Numbered from the stretch's first letter, positions 9,392-19,473 are shown. The stretch: 64,000 nucleotides of DNA from Lentisphaerota bacterium (GCA_030590485.1 JAUUYL010000004.1:7878-71877), one strand, 5' to 3'. Made by a program: numbers and translations. Notes: generated by a model from the letters alone, not told the origin.

Positions 9392-10315
9392 CTATTCCTT
9401 CCACTCATTCCAGGTTTTGAGGAGATCGTCGTCTGTCATCACACCCTCTTTGACTAGCAATAAATATTTGAGGGTAAATTCTGCATTGGGCTTCAGAATG
9501 AGCGGTGCAGCATAAAGTATCGCAGGGCTGAAGTAGGGCATTTTTTCGGATATGTACCAACACGTTGGATGCCTTGGATTTGAGGGGTGGTCGAAAATGA
9601 CTATAGTTGCCGTCTTACCATCGACGGTCTTTCCCGAAAACGTCATCCATCGCGCGGGTTGGCCATGCCCGCGTTTGCCGTCTAAGTCTGAGCTGCTTTT
9701 AAACTTCCAACCTAAAGTTTCCCTGGCTGCGCGAAAAGAGAACCCCGCATATCCGCCATAGTCCTTCTCGCCCTGCTCACCGGGTATCGCGGTCCGATCG
9801 AGAGAAATGTCTTTTTCACCGACCTTGAATGCGCTTTCCCACTCCATAGAATAACCGTCTTGCTTGGGCTTACTGAACTCTATACTTCGGGTTTCGGTTA
9901 TGAGCGCAGGTTGTTGCGGCATATGATACGAGAGAGCCATCTTGATTCTTGCACTATGCTTCAAAAGGCCTGTCCGAACTTTAACTGACAACACCTCCGT
10001 TATGCCCTGGGACTGGCCGTCATGCCGTTCCTCCCAAAAATTAGCGCCTCTGATATACTTCCACGCAAACCATACGCCCCGGTGCCACGGATGATCGGCG
10101 GGCCGAAAGGCGGTGAGAGCGGTCCCGTCAACGAGACTCAACGGATGTATTGATGGCTTTCCGGCTCCAATGGCGTGATTTGAGCACCACACGATCTTGC
10201 CGTCATTCAGAAGTGCAAGGCTATCATTCCTCTTTTCCCAGCGGAGCTGCCCGCCATACGCAGAAGCAATTTGCGTCAAAAAGATACACAACAGATGTAC
10301 ATATTGTTTTCTCAT
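9392..10315 (-). CDS. Hypothetical exported protein (possibly PmoA-like/DUF6807)
   Basis: Signal-peptide-like N-terminus MRKQYVHLLCIFLTQIASAYGG. The longer ORF track call (to 10606) overlaps ychF and is rejected. The family assignment is tentative. Confidence 0.4.
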   Translation of the reverse strand: MRKQYVHLLCIFLTQIASAYGGQLRWEKRNDSLALLNDGKIVWCSNHAIGAGKPSIHPLSLVDGTALTAFRPADHPWHRGVWFAWKYIRGANFWEERHDGQSQGITEVLSVKVRTGLLKHSARIKMALSYHMPQQPALITETRSIEFSKPKQDGYSMEWESAFKVGEKDISLDRTAIPGEQGEKDYGGYAGFSFRAARETLGWKFKSSSDLDGKRGHGQPARWMTFSGKTVDGKTATIVIFDHPSNPRHPTCWYISEKMPYFSPAILYAAPLILKPNAEFTLKYLLLVKEGVMTDDDLLKTWNEWKE

Positions 10316-10367
10316 ATTTCGGGACATATTACAGCTTTCAGGTTGTCCGGCCGCAGGCCGTCTCGTC

Positions 10368-11393
10368 TTACACGTTAAACAAATAATGGCAGATGTCGCC
10401 GTCCTGGAGAATGTAATCTTTGCCGTTTGTCTGGAGCTTGCCCTGCTCTTTTGCTTTCTGTTCTGAGCCGGCCTCCATGAGGTCATCGTACCCGATGACT
10501 TCCACACGTATAAATCCGCGTTGTATGTCGGTATGAATCTTGCCGGCAGCTTCGGGCGCTGAGGCACCTTTGATGATTGTCCAGGCGCGACATTCGTCTT
10601 TACCAACCGTATAGAATGACATCAGGCCCAGTGCTTCATATGCTGCGGCGTTGACCCGAACCAGCCCGGATGACTCGATGTCGAGCGAGCCCATAAACTC
10701 CTCGCGTTCGGCAAGATCTTCAATATCCATAATCTCTTTTTCGATACTGCAGGAAACTTTCAGCCTATCGTCTGCGGCGCCCAAATCGTCTTCCGAAACA
10801 TTATAGACGCAGAGCACTGTAATACCGGTGAGCAGCGGAAGGCTTTTTATTGATGTCTCTTCATGTTCCGCCAGTTCTATATCACAGATCTTTTTCTCCG
10901 ATTCCAGGGCCTCCATACATTTCAAGAGGGTCGCTTCTTCCAATGCCTGCTCAGGGCTCAACCCAGCCTTCTTCTCCTTCTCGACTTTCTGGAGTCGCTT
11001 CTCAATTACCTGCATATCGGCAAGAAGAAGTTCTGATTCAAGAAGATCGCGATCGCGATCGGGGTCAACGCTTCCTTTTGGATGATAAACTTCATCACCC
11101 TCAAACGCTCTCAGCACCAGGCATATCAGGTCAGATTTTCGGACAGCATCCATCCACTCCGCATTCCCGGTCCCCTCGACAACATCCGGACAAAGTGCGT
11201 AATTGTTCTCAGCATAGACCTTCGTTTCCGGCTGGAACATCTCGGCCAGCTTATCAACGCGTTCGTCCTGCACAGGCGCGACCCCTTCAAGGACATCACC
11301 AGGCTTACGCCCTTCCTGCACTTCTCTTCCTGTTAACAGAGTAAATAATGTTTTCTTACCTGCCTGAGGCAGGCCTAATAACGCAATCTTCAT
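10368..11393 (-). CDS. ychF: Obg-like ATPase YchF (divergent P-loop)
   Basis: N-terminal P-loop GLPQAGKKTLF. C-terminal TGS domain GFIRVEVIGYDDL...GKDYILQDGDICHYLFNV matches YchF. Confidence 0.7.
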   Translation of the reverse strand: MKIALLGLPQAGKKTLFTLLTGREVQEGRKPGDVLEGVAPVQDERVDKLAEMFQPETKVYAENNYALCPDVVEGTGNAEWMDAVRKSDLICLVLRAFEGDEVYHPKGSVDPDRDRDLLESELLLADMQVIEKRLQKVEKEKKAGLSPEQALEEATLLKCMEALESEKKICDIELAEHEETSIKSLPLLTGITVLCVYNVSEDDLGAADDRLKVSCSIEKEIMDIEDLAEREEFMGSLDIESSGLVRVNAAAYEALGLMSFYTVGKDECRAWTIIKGASAPEAAGKIHTDIQRGFIRVEVIGYDDLMEAGSEQKAKEQGKLQTNGKDYILQDGDICHYLFNV

Positions 11394-11580
11394 AATATAT
11401 TCTCAATCCTAATCCCTGCCAAGCCGCAGGCATGGTTAACCCCATTTCGCATATCATCCCTGCCAAGCCGCAAGCGACGCTGGATAAGTCCCTATCTGCT
11501 TTATCCTGAGCCTCTGGCGACGGGGAGAGCGGGCGGGTAAGTTTTTTACACTCCACAATTCACCTCCCACTGCTCACTGC

Positions 11581-12477
11581 TCACTTCACCTTCTTTCTTA
11601 TACTAAAATCACTCAACTTCCCAGGCATATACTTGTAACTATAAAATTTATCAAAGACTTTATCTCCTTTTACATGGACGATTCTAAGTCCTGATGGATG
11701 ACTTTGCGAATGACAGGCTGATGCTGTAGAAATCAGTTCCATTTCCTCGTACTTAGCATACATATTGGCATGAAGGTGTCCGGAAAAGACGATTTCGACC
11801 TTATATTTCTCAAACATCGTCAAAAGCTTATTCCTCAGCTCATGCGGCATATTATTATAAGCGTCAAGCTCATCAACCTTTTTGACATATGGCGGATGGT
11901 GCAGAAAGACTGTACGATGCTGATAATTCTTCTTTGCAGATTTCTTCAAAAGCTTCTCGATCCATTCCATCTGCTCCCGCGCCTGATCCTTAACATTAGC
12001 AGGTTGGATCAAGGTGTTGGATTCCATGATAATAAACAGGCTGTTCTTGTGCTCAAACGAATACCAGGGTTTACCAAAGCGTTCTTCGTACCATTCGAGA
12101 GTCGCCTTCGTGGGGTATTGACAAACGTCATGATTGCCTGCGGCATGATAGATCGAGATTTTCTTATCCAGCTTTTCAAGCGCACCGAAATACGCTTCTG
12201 ACATTTTCTCCGCGCGTTTCATATCGAGAGCCTTGGGATCATTTGGCAAGGCAAGCATATCACCACACACTACCAGAAAGTCCGGCTTCAGTTCATTCAC
12301 TACCGACACAGCATTTATCCAAGCCTTGTCATCGTCCTCTTTCCACCATAGTTGAGGATCCGCGGCGACCATATAGTAATAACCCTTATTGCCCCACGCC
12401 ATTGCCGGGGTGGTGGATAGCGCGACACCCGCCACAGCCAGCGACCTGATAAAATTACGTCTATTCATGTATCTCAT
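11581..12477 (-). CDS. Tat-exported calcineurin-like metallophosphoesterase
   Basis: Twin-arginine signal MNRRNFIRSLAVAGVALS...AMA. Metallophosphoesterase motifs GDM...D, AAGNHD, HHPPY, GHLHAN. Confidence 0.75.
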   Translation of the reverse strand: MRYMNRRNFIRSLAVAGVALSTTPAMAWGNKGYYYMVAADPQLWWKEDDDKAWINAVSVVNELKPDFLVVCGDMLALPNDPKALDMKRAEKMSEAYFGALEKLDKKISIYHAAGNHDVCQYPTKATLEWYEERFGKPWYSFEHKNSLFIIMESNTLIQPANVKDQAREQMEWIEKLLKKSAKKNYQHRTVFLHHPPYVKKVDELDAYNNMPHELRNKLLTMFEKYKVEIVFSGHLHANMYAKYEEMELISTASACHSQSHPSGLRIVHVKGDKVFDKFYSYKYMPGKLSDFSIRKKVK

Positions 12478-12535
12478 AATTTACTCCGAAACATCTTACC
12501 CGCCCCGTCTTGGCCTCGCTTGAAGCTCGTCAAAT

Positions 12536-12645
12536 CCACCCCTCCAAGGAGGGGATCTTTAGTCTTTTCATCCCCTCCTCCGGAGGGGTGCCCCAGCCTG
12601 TCCCCGACCAGTCGGGAGGGCTGGCAAGGCGAAGGGTGGGATGGG
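12536..12645 (-). repeat. GC-rich structured intergenic repeat, copy B (long form, inverted orientation)
   Basis: The reverse complement reads cccttcgccttgccagccctcccgactggtcggggacaggctggggcacccctccggaggagggga...agatcccctccttggaggggt. It holds 3 hairpins. Confidence 0.7.
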
Positions 12646-12652
12646 TTTATTT

Positions 12653-14128
12653 TTACCGCCAACCTGCCAATATCATCATTACTGTCTCATTCATTTCGAC
12701 AGCTCTTTCCTCGCTGTCGGCTTCCGTATAGCAACGAAGTTCCGGTGCATTGCCGGATGGGCGAAGGTGAACGACCTCGTCGTTATCAAACGTTATTCTC
12801 AACCCATCGATATTGTTCACATCCTTAAACGTACCAAACACTCCGAGTACGGCCTCGATGGCAGCTGAGCCGCCTTCGGACAGTTCCACGATCTTCGCGT
12901 TGCTGATTTCCGTCGGAAACTCCTGCAGGCGATCGCTGGCCGTGACGCGCTGCGGCAATGCCGCGAGAAGCTCTGATATTGGAACGCCCTTTTTAATCGA
13001 CAGCCCAATGATACCTAGATGTATGATAGCGGCATCACGTGTAGGCAAAGCGGCGAGGATCTTGCCTTCAATCTCAATATCGGATGCAGTAAGGAATCCG
13101 CCATTAGCCTCGTAGCCTACGACGCACTTACTTCCGGCATCAACAGCTGCTGCCATTTCAGCAACAACATATGGTGAGCCTATTCTGGTCCGTCTTACAT
13201 CTTTAAACGCGCCGCATTTTTCGACAGCGGTGTTACAGCTTACTGGTGTTACGACGGCGTCGGCACCAAAATGTTCCGCGCAGAGGATGCCTGCAACGTC
13301 GCCTCTGAGCCATTTGCCGTTTTCATCGCTGACCAGGGGGCGATCGCTATCGCCATCGGTAGAGACAATAGTATCGAACGAGCCGTCGCTCGCCCATTCC
13401 CTGGCGAGCTCTACATCTTCCGGGCGTATGGCTTCGGTATCCACAGAAATAAACTTGTCTGAATGACCGAGCTTTACAACCTCGGCGCCCAGGCTGGAAT
13501 ATATATCGCACAGAATATCGCGTCCTACGGCTGAGTGCTGGTAGAATCCGATTTTCTTTCCTTGAAGATAATCTGCCGGGAAGAAGGCGGACCAGCGCTT
13601 GAGATATGCTTCTTTGGCACCATTATCCTTTTCTGTAATTGTATATGGTATCGTTAGCATTCCACCATCGTCAAATATGTCAGGGGTCTCGATTTCCTGG
13701 CTCATCATGCCTGCCTCATCATCCTTGAGCACTTCGCCTTCCGGCTTATTGTATTTCAAGCCATTGCGGTCGTCAGGAATATGGCTGCCTGTGACCATTA
13801 TGGCGGGGCATTTCTGCATTATTCCGTAGAGTGCGATTGCCGGTGATGGTATTTTGCCGCAATCGACGGGGATATAACCTTTGTCGTCGCATGCCTTGGC
13901 GGCGGCGGCCATGATGCGGTCTGTACTTGATCTCAGATCGCCGGCGATGACGACGCGTTCGCCTGAAGATGTCAGGGCGCCTATTTGCTCCAGATACTGG
14001 ATAAAGCCCAATGTGTATGAATAGCAAACCACGTCAGTCATATCGACAACAAGTCCTCGTGCACCACTGGTACCGAATTTGACGCCGCAGGTTTCCATTA
14101 ACTCAGATATTTTCATTCTTCCGCTCAT
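12653..14128 (-). CDS. Alpha-D-phosphohexomutase (phosphoglucomutase/phosphomannomutase family)
   Basis: Active-site serine loop TGSHIP, metal-binding DGDSDR, and a sugar-binding GEANGG-like motif (EANGGF). Confidence 0.8.
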   Translation of the reverse strand: MSGRMKISELMETCGVKFGTSGARGLVVDMTDVVCYSYTLGFIQYLEQIGALTSSGERVVIAGDLRSSTDRIMAAAAKACDDKGYIPVDCGKIPSPAIALYGIMQKCPAIMVTGSHIPDDRNGLKYNKPEGEVLKDDEAGMMSQEIETPDIFDDGGMLTIPYTITEKDNGAKEAYLKRWSAFFPADYLQGKKIGFYQHSAVGRDILCDIYSSLGAEVVKLGHSDKFISVDTEAIRPEDVELAREWASDGSFDTIVSTDGDSDRPLVSDENGKWLRGDVAGILCAEHFGADAVVTPVSCNTAVEKCGAFKDVRRTRIGSPYVVAEMAAAVDAGSKCVVGYEANGGFLTASDIEIEGKILAALPTRDAAIIHLGIIGLSIKKGVPISELLAALPQRVTASDRLQEFPTEISNAKIVELSEGGSAAIEAVLGVFGTFKDVNNIDGLRITFDNDEVVHLRPSGNAPELRCYTEADSEERAVEMNETVMMILAGWR

Positions 14129-14322
14129 CTTTAAAATCCTCTCATTTGACCTGCAGTAAACTAGAAAAGGCGGATTCAGTCAACGTAAAGCGGGAAGAAA
14201 CAGGCATTTTCCAGAGCTTCGGGTTAAGGCATTCATTAGTGCTTGGGTATTTAGTCATTCGTCATTATTGGCAAGTCTCTCCATTTTAGACAGCTAGCGC
14301 TATGGAGATATTGACCCTGGGG

Positions 14323-15249
14323 TCAGTTCCCCGCAAGAGACATTAATTCAAGCATATCAGGCCATAGCGGAGCCTCAAATTCAACCATCCGCCCATCTGA
14401 AGGGTGCGATAATGCAAGAAACTGCGCATGGAGCATCTGCCTCGGCGGCTTTAGAGAAAGCACATTGTCGCGCTTAGCCGAACCATATTGCTTATCCCCC
14501 ACAACAGAATGCCCCAAATGTGCCATATGGACACGAATCTGATGTGTTCTGCCCGTGGCAATTCGAACCCTCACAAGACTTGTTTCATCATAACGCTCTT
14601 CCACCTCGTACTCAGTTATGGCATCTCGTCCGGAAACAGGATTCACCGACATCTTCTTTCGATCATGACTGCTTCTACCGATCATAGTGCGAATCTCTCC
14701 CGACTCCGGGCTCGGCGTCCCATAGACAATCGCAAGATACTCTTTGCGCACCAATCGATCCTTAAACTGTTGCTGTAAAGCTTCCATTGCCTGATCATTC
14801 TTCGCCGCCACCAATACGCCAGACGTATCCTTATCCAGACGATGAACTATCCCCGGCCGCATTTCACCGCCAATCCCCTTTAGATCCTTACAGTGAAACA
14901 AAAGTGCGTTTACGAGCGTCCCCGACCAATGTCCTGGCGCAGGATGCACTACCAGACCAGCAGGTTTATTGACGACGATGATATCGTTGTCCTCATAAAT
15001 GACTTCCAGCGGTATATCCTCAGCCTCAAGATCGACATCTATTGCTGGCGGAATATCAACATTTACATCCATTCCCTCTCGAATCTTCTGGTGGGCTCGA
15101 ACACGTTTCCCGTCCACAAGGATGCTTCCGGACTTTATGAGCGCCTGAATACGCGCGCGCGACAGCTCCGGCATTTGTTCTGAAAGCCAAACGTCAAGTC
15201 TGACGGCAGATTTGCATTCGGGAACTCTAAAGACAAATTGATCATTCAT
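14323..15249 (-). CDS. rluD: 23S rRNA pseudouridine synthase RluD (RluA family)
   Basis: N-terminal S4 domain (RLDVWLSEQMPELSRARIQALIKSG) and catalytic HRLDKDTSGVLVAAK. Confidence 0.85.
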   Translation of the reverse strand: MNDQFVFRVPECKSAVRLDVWLSEQMPELSRARIQALIKSGSILVDGKRVRAHQKIREGMDVNVDIPPAIDVDLEAEDIPLEVIYEDNDIIVVNKPAGLVVHPAPGHWSGTLVNALLFHCKDLKGIGGEMRPGIVHRLDKDTSGVLVAAKNDQAMEALQQQFKDRLVRKEYLAIVYGTPSPESGEIRTMIGRSSHDRKKMSVNPVSGRDAITEYEVEERYDETSLVRVRIATGRTHQIRVHMAHLGHSVVGDKQYGSAKRDNVLSLKPPRQMLHAQFLALSHPSDGRMVEFEAPLWPDMLELMSLAGN

Positions 15250-15261
15250 AACGCAAAAAAG

Positions 15262-16017
15262 TCATTCACTTTTAGACACAGGTTTCCTGAGAAAGAACAC
15301 AAACATCACAATGCCCGAAAAAGCAATTGTGAGGCTGATTATCTGAGCTACTGACAAAGCGGCAACACGCGTCCTGTCATCCCCCCTGAGCAATTCCAGG
15401 AAAAACCGTCCCAATGGATAAATAATCAGGTAAACCGAAGAGACAATACCATCACGTTTTCTGCGCCTGAACAAGAGTACGATAAGCATATAGATGGCAA
15501 TATTATAACCTGCCTCTACCAACTGCAAGGGGAACAGCTTTCCTTCCCCTCCGGCGAGCGGCGTCCCATGACAACACCCATTTAAATAACATCCCACCCG
15601 TCCCAGCGCATGAGAAAGACCCACTGATGTCGCAGCAAAATCATACAGCGCTACGATTGGTTGATTTTTAGCCCTGGCAAATAGCGCTATTGCCATAAGA
15701 GAACCGATGAGACCTCCATAAAAGATCAAGCCTCCCTGATCCAGTCTTGGTATCAGGAATGGATCCTGCGCAAAAATGTCCCAGTTAGCCATGACATATG
15801 CCACCCGGGCCCCGAGAATTCCCGATACCATTATCCAAAAAAGTAAATCCGAACAAAACGTTACATCTCGACCATCTTTTTTCCCCAATACGGACCAGTT
15901 CACAAGCGCAGCAATAAAGCCCATCGCCATCATCACCCCATACCACCTGATTGTCACAGGCCCCAATTCCACAAATACAGGATCAATCAAAACGTGTCTC
16001 CTTAAAAAAATAATCAA
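15262..16017 (-). CDS. lgt: Prolipoprotein diacylglyceryl transferase
   Basis: Lgt signature; the N-terminus reads PVFVELGPVTIRWYGVMMAMGF, and the protein is a multi-pass membrane protein. Confidence 0.85.
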   Translation of the reverse strand: MIIFLRRHVLIDPVFVELGPVTIRWYGVMMAMGFIAALVNWSVLGKKDGRDVTFCSDLLFWIMVSGILGARVAYVMANWDIFAQDPFLIPRLDQGGLIFYGGLIGSLMAIALFARAKNQPIVALYDFAATSVGLSHALGRVGCYLNGCCHGTPLAGGEGKLFPLQLVEAGYNIAIYMLIVLLFRRRKRDGIVSSVYLIIYPLGRFFLELLRGDDRTRVAALSVAQIISLTIAFSGIVMFVFFLRKPVSKSE

Positions 16018-16096
16018 ATAATGTTAATTTCATATGGACAAGGTTCATACAGTGCTTATGATGACTAATGACACGTAGTTTAAGCAAGGAAAATGT

Positions 16097-18721
16097 ATGA
16101 GCGCTGAAGACAAGACCCCGGATATTATCTTCGATAGAGTCAATGTTGCGATCTGCAGTCTATGCGGTTGCGACATAGATGTTGCGGGTATAGACCCTTT
16201 TCTGCAGATGGAATGTCCCGACTGCGGCAGTCTTGAGCCTGTCCCAGGTAAACTGGGCCCATTCCTTCTCCTCGAACTTCTTGGTACAGGCGGCATGGGC
16301 GGAGTATACAAAGCTCGGGACACTGCACTTGGCAGGCTCGTAGGTATCAAGGTAATGCTGTCATCCGTGGGCGAGGACGCACAGTTCATTGAGACATTCA
16401 GGCGTGAAGCACAGGCGGCAGCCAAACTCAATCATCCAAACATTGCTCAGATTTATTCATTCGGGCAAGAAAAAGGTCAACCATACATAGTGATGGAACT
16501 TGTTTCCGGACAACATTTCGACAAAATGGTTGATGAAGAAGCATCTCTGGACCAGGGTCTTATAATGCAGGTCGGCTATGACATTGCTCTCGGACTTCAG
16601 GCCGCGGACGAGATCCACCTCATACATGGCGACATCAAACCTGAGAACATTCTTCTCGACGAAAAGATGAGCGCCAAACTCGTAGACTTCGGAATTGCAA
16701 GTTTTGCGCACCAGGGTGCACAGGAAGGTATATGGGGAACGCCTTATTATATTTGTCCTGAAAAAATAAGGAAACAGCCAGTAGATGCGCGCTCCGATAT
16801 CTACAGCTTAGGTGCAACTCTTTACCATGCAATCACAAAGCATCCTCCATTTGACGGTAAAACGCCAATAGAAGTGGTTAAAGCGCGCCTCAATAGACCG
16901 CCGTTGCCGATGGGCCGCTACCGAAAAGACATTAATCCACGTGTCAACCAAATCATCAATCGCATGCTTCAACTGGAACCATCTCGCAGATATCCAAATT
17001 ATAGCTCCCTCCTCAGCGATATACGGAAAGCCACAATGGAGCTGGGCTCGGGCTCACGTTCGCGTTCAAAAATGAGCAAAAAGGGAAGAAAGGTGATAAT
17101 CTCCAAACACTCTACGGCGGAACAAAGGCCCTCGTCTGAGCGACGGCCTGCGGTTAAAACAAAACGAACAATTAAAGCACCTCCGTCCAGCAGTCGCTCC
17201 TCGCTCAAGACCACTCACAGCGCCACTACATCCGACCCGGCCGAGGGAGAATCGGATTCCGCAATCAAGAAATACAAAAACCAATCTACTCAGGTCGTCA
17301 AACCCGAAAAGAAAGGCAAAGGCGGCCTCATAGCTCTTATGGTCGTACTGGTCGTACTGTTGGCAGGAACCGGTCTTGGTCTCTTTCTCTATATAAAAGA
17401 CAAAAATATAAAAGCATATAACGTCTATGTTGAGATGACAACGCTTGCTGCGCACAAACAAACAGGTGAAAATACATATGCACAGATATTGACTGTTGCA
17501 AGCAATGTATCCGCCATAGCCGAGTCTGCCCTGGAACACAATGCAACAGGCAAAGCAGCAGTCCTACTCATACTCGGCGACCCCCTTCAACCTGAAGAAC
17601 CCGTGGCCCCGTTTCCTGGACCAAAACAAGAATCCACGCCGCAAAGAGAAGGCGATTCATCCGCCATTGAGAAAAAAGCTGACGGAACAGAGATGCCGGC
17701 AGGCATGCTGACTCGTGCACAGCTTGATGCAGGACGCAATAAAACGATGGCCCCACCTCCAGCAGCCCCAAGACCCGGGCCAGAGCCAGAAGATGCTGTT
17801 GAGACAGTTCACCCCATCAAAGTGCTTGCAAAAAGGATCGCAGCCATAGCTGCTGAGCTACAAAGCAACTCCGAAGAGGTAGAGCAGATAGCGGTCACCT
17901 GCTTCGCAAATAAAAGCAAAGTAGATACATCGAGAACATCTAAGGACGCAGCCGGAAACCTGGCAACTCTTACTGCCGACCTGACATCTGTCAGCGCTCT
18001 CCACGAGAACTCAACCACTATATTCGCGGCCCTACAGACGCTCTCGAAAGAAGCTGGAAAAATGAAGGACGAGAAAGATACTGAAGAAGCAGCGCGACTC
18101 AAAGCCATCAAAGAGGAAGAAGACAGGCGCAACGCCGAGATTGAAGCCCAGCGCAAGGCTGAAGAATACGCCGAGCTTGTGAAAAACGAGATGGAACTTG
18201 CCGAAGCCGCAAGGAAGATGAACGAGCCCTTTATAGCGCAGCTCAATTTCGAAGAAGCAGCCACTACTGTTAGAAGCCAAGTCTCGGATTACAAGAGCAA
18301 GGAAGGGCGAGAGTCCATAGCCGTACTACTCGACAAATACGAACGCCTTGCAAAGTTCAAACTGTTTCTAATCGAAAGCATCAACAAGACTCCATACAAA
18401 TGGGGCTATGGCAGGGGCACTTCAACAAGAGATATAGCATCTGCAAATGATGAAGGCTTACAAATATCAGGTATTCCCCAAACTCTTCCATGGGACAGCG
18501 TCAGCCCAAAACTATTCCTGAAGATAACTAATCACTATCTCGCCAATAAAAGAACAAGAATCCGTGTACTCGGCGAAGGAAATCTAGGTGCAGCCATTTA
18601 CTGCAAAGAGATTGCTAATGGCAACGACGCCGCGCTGTTAGCCGCCAGGAAATACGCAGAAACCGCCACTGAGTTTTGCGAAGATCTTCAGGAGCATGTC
18701 GAAAGACTCCTGCAATTCTAA
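16097..18721 (+). CDS. Membrane Ser/Thr protein kinase: N-terminal zinc ribbon, kinase domain, low-complexity linker, one TM helix, ~430-aa extracytoplasmic coiled-coil domain
   Basis: Zinc ribbon CSLCGC...CPDCGS. Kinase motifs GTGGMGGVYKA, HGDIKPENILLD, and DFG (KLVDFGIASF). TM helix LIALMVVLVVLLAGTGLGLFLYI. RBS aaggaaaatgtATG. Confidence 0.8.
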   Translation: MSAEDKTPDIIFDRVNVAICSLCGCDIDVAGIDPFLQMECPDCGSLEPVPGKLGPFLLLELLGTGGMGGVYKARDTALGRLVGIKVMLSSVGEDAQFIETFRREAQAAAKLNHPNIAQIYSFGQEKGQPYIVMELVSGQHFDKMVDEEASLDQGLIMQVGYDIALGLQAADEIHLIHGDIKPENILLDEKMSAKLVDFGIASFAHQGAQEGIWGTPYYICPEKIRKQPVDARSDIYSLGATLYHAITKHPPFDGKTPIEVVKARLNRPPLPMGRYRKDINPRVNQIINRMLQLEPSRRYPNYSSLLSDIRKATMELGSGSRSRSKMSKKGRKVIISKHSTAEQRPSSERRPAVKTKRTIKAPPSSSRSSLKTTHSATTSDPAEGESDSAIKKYKNQSTQVVKPEKKGKGGLIALMVVLVVLLAGTGLGLFLYIKDKNIKAYNVYVEMTTLAAHKQTGENTYAQILTVASNVSAIAESALEHNATGKAAVLLILGDPLQPEEPVAPFPGPKQESTPQREGDSSAIEKKADGTEMPAGMLTRAQLDAGRNKTMAPPPAAPRPGPEPEDAVETVHPIKVLAKRIAAIAAELQSNSEEVEQIAVTCFANKSKVDTSRTSKDAAGNLATLTADLTSVSALHENSTTIFAALQTLSKEAGKMKDEKDTEEAARLKAIKEEEDRRNAEIEAQRKAEEYAELVKNEMELAEAARKMNEPFIAQLNFEEAATTVRSQVSDYKSKEGRESIAVLLDKYERLAKFKLFLIESINKTPYKWGYGRGTSTRDIASANDEGLQISGIPQTLPWDSVSPKLFLKITNHYLANKRTRIRVLGEGNLGAAIYCKEIANGNDAALLAARKYAETATEFCEDLQEHVERLLQF

Positions 18722-18782
18722 GGGTCTTCCGCAGAATTTGCGGGTAGGTAATGAGACAAAATACGGGGGAGATTAAGCCGTT

Positions 18783-18898
18783 GGACTAAGGGTATGCGGA
18801 CTAAGTGTGGCGACTAAGAACGGGACTAAGTGTTTGGATATACGATCCCTACACTTCAGCGTACACTTACGCCCACACTTCGTCGCACACTTACTTGG
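18783..18898. repeat. Two inverted arrays of short tandem repeats: 4x GACTAAG units, ~10-nt spacer, then 4x 12-bp ACACTT units
   Basis: Left arm ggactaagggtatgcggactaagtgtggcgactaagaacgggactaagtgtttgg. Right arm tacacttcagcg|tacacttacgcc|cacacttcgtcg|cacacttacttgg with exact 12-bp periodicity. The arms are imperfect reverse complements (AAGTGT/ACACTT). Confidence 0.6.
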
Positions 18899-19188
18899 TT
18901 ACGCTTAAACGACTCGCTTTATCGGTCTCAACTGCCCCAATAATCTCGCTACCTGCCCGCAGTGCTACATAGCAGGCGGGCAAGATAATTCCGCCCATTC
19001 TACGCAGCAATTGCACTCTATACCTCCACCGAAAGACCAGATCCTATTCGGTTGGCAATTCCATCTACCCACAGATTATTCATAAGACCCTCTTTTCAAC
19101 TTCCAACAACCAATTATTCAAGTATTTTCTCTTCTTCGGGTGTTGGAAGTTGACTGTTGGCTGTTGAATTAATTTGTTCCTTCTTTAA

Positions 19189-19473
19189 TTAAGAATCGGG
19201 ATCCAGCCTGAATCCTATTGTCTTAACACGTTTTGGTCCGAAACGCGCCTGAAGATTACCAAGCATCGTACCCTTGCCGTGCCGGGACAACTCGCTCATC
19301 CACACCGAGCTATCAACAAACACCGTTAAATTGCTATCTTTAACCATGCCAGGCCTACTGTGTTTAGAAACAGCATCCCCGACGATAGCGGGCCATTCAT
19401 CTTCAAGGACAGCGAGCCAATGCTGATCTTCCATTCCGAGTTTCTTCATAATACCCGGCATCACGTTTGACAT
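19189..19473 (-). CDS. DUF721/DciA-like protein (start uncertain; the ORF extends to 19632)
   Basis: WPAIVGDAVSKHSRPGMV...LTVFVDSSVWMSELSRHGKGTMLGNLQARFG...VKTIGFRL matches the DUF721 pattern. The 19632 start would leave only 17 bp before the divergent pfk, so a start at MSNVM is preferred. Confidence 0.5.
   Translation of the reverse strand: MSNVMPGIMKKLGMEDQHWLAVLEDEWPAIVGDAVSKHSRPGMVKDSNLTVFVDSSVWMSELSRHGKGTMLGNLQARFGPKRVKTIGFRLDPDS

Noticed and set aside
9392-10606. Long form of ORF 9392-10606 (404 aa)
   Set aside because: The N-terminal 97 codons overlap the ychF gene and precede an obvious signal peptide. It is trimmed to start at 10315.
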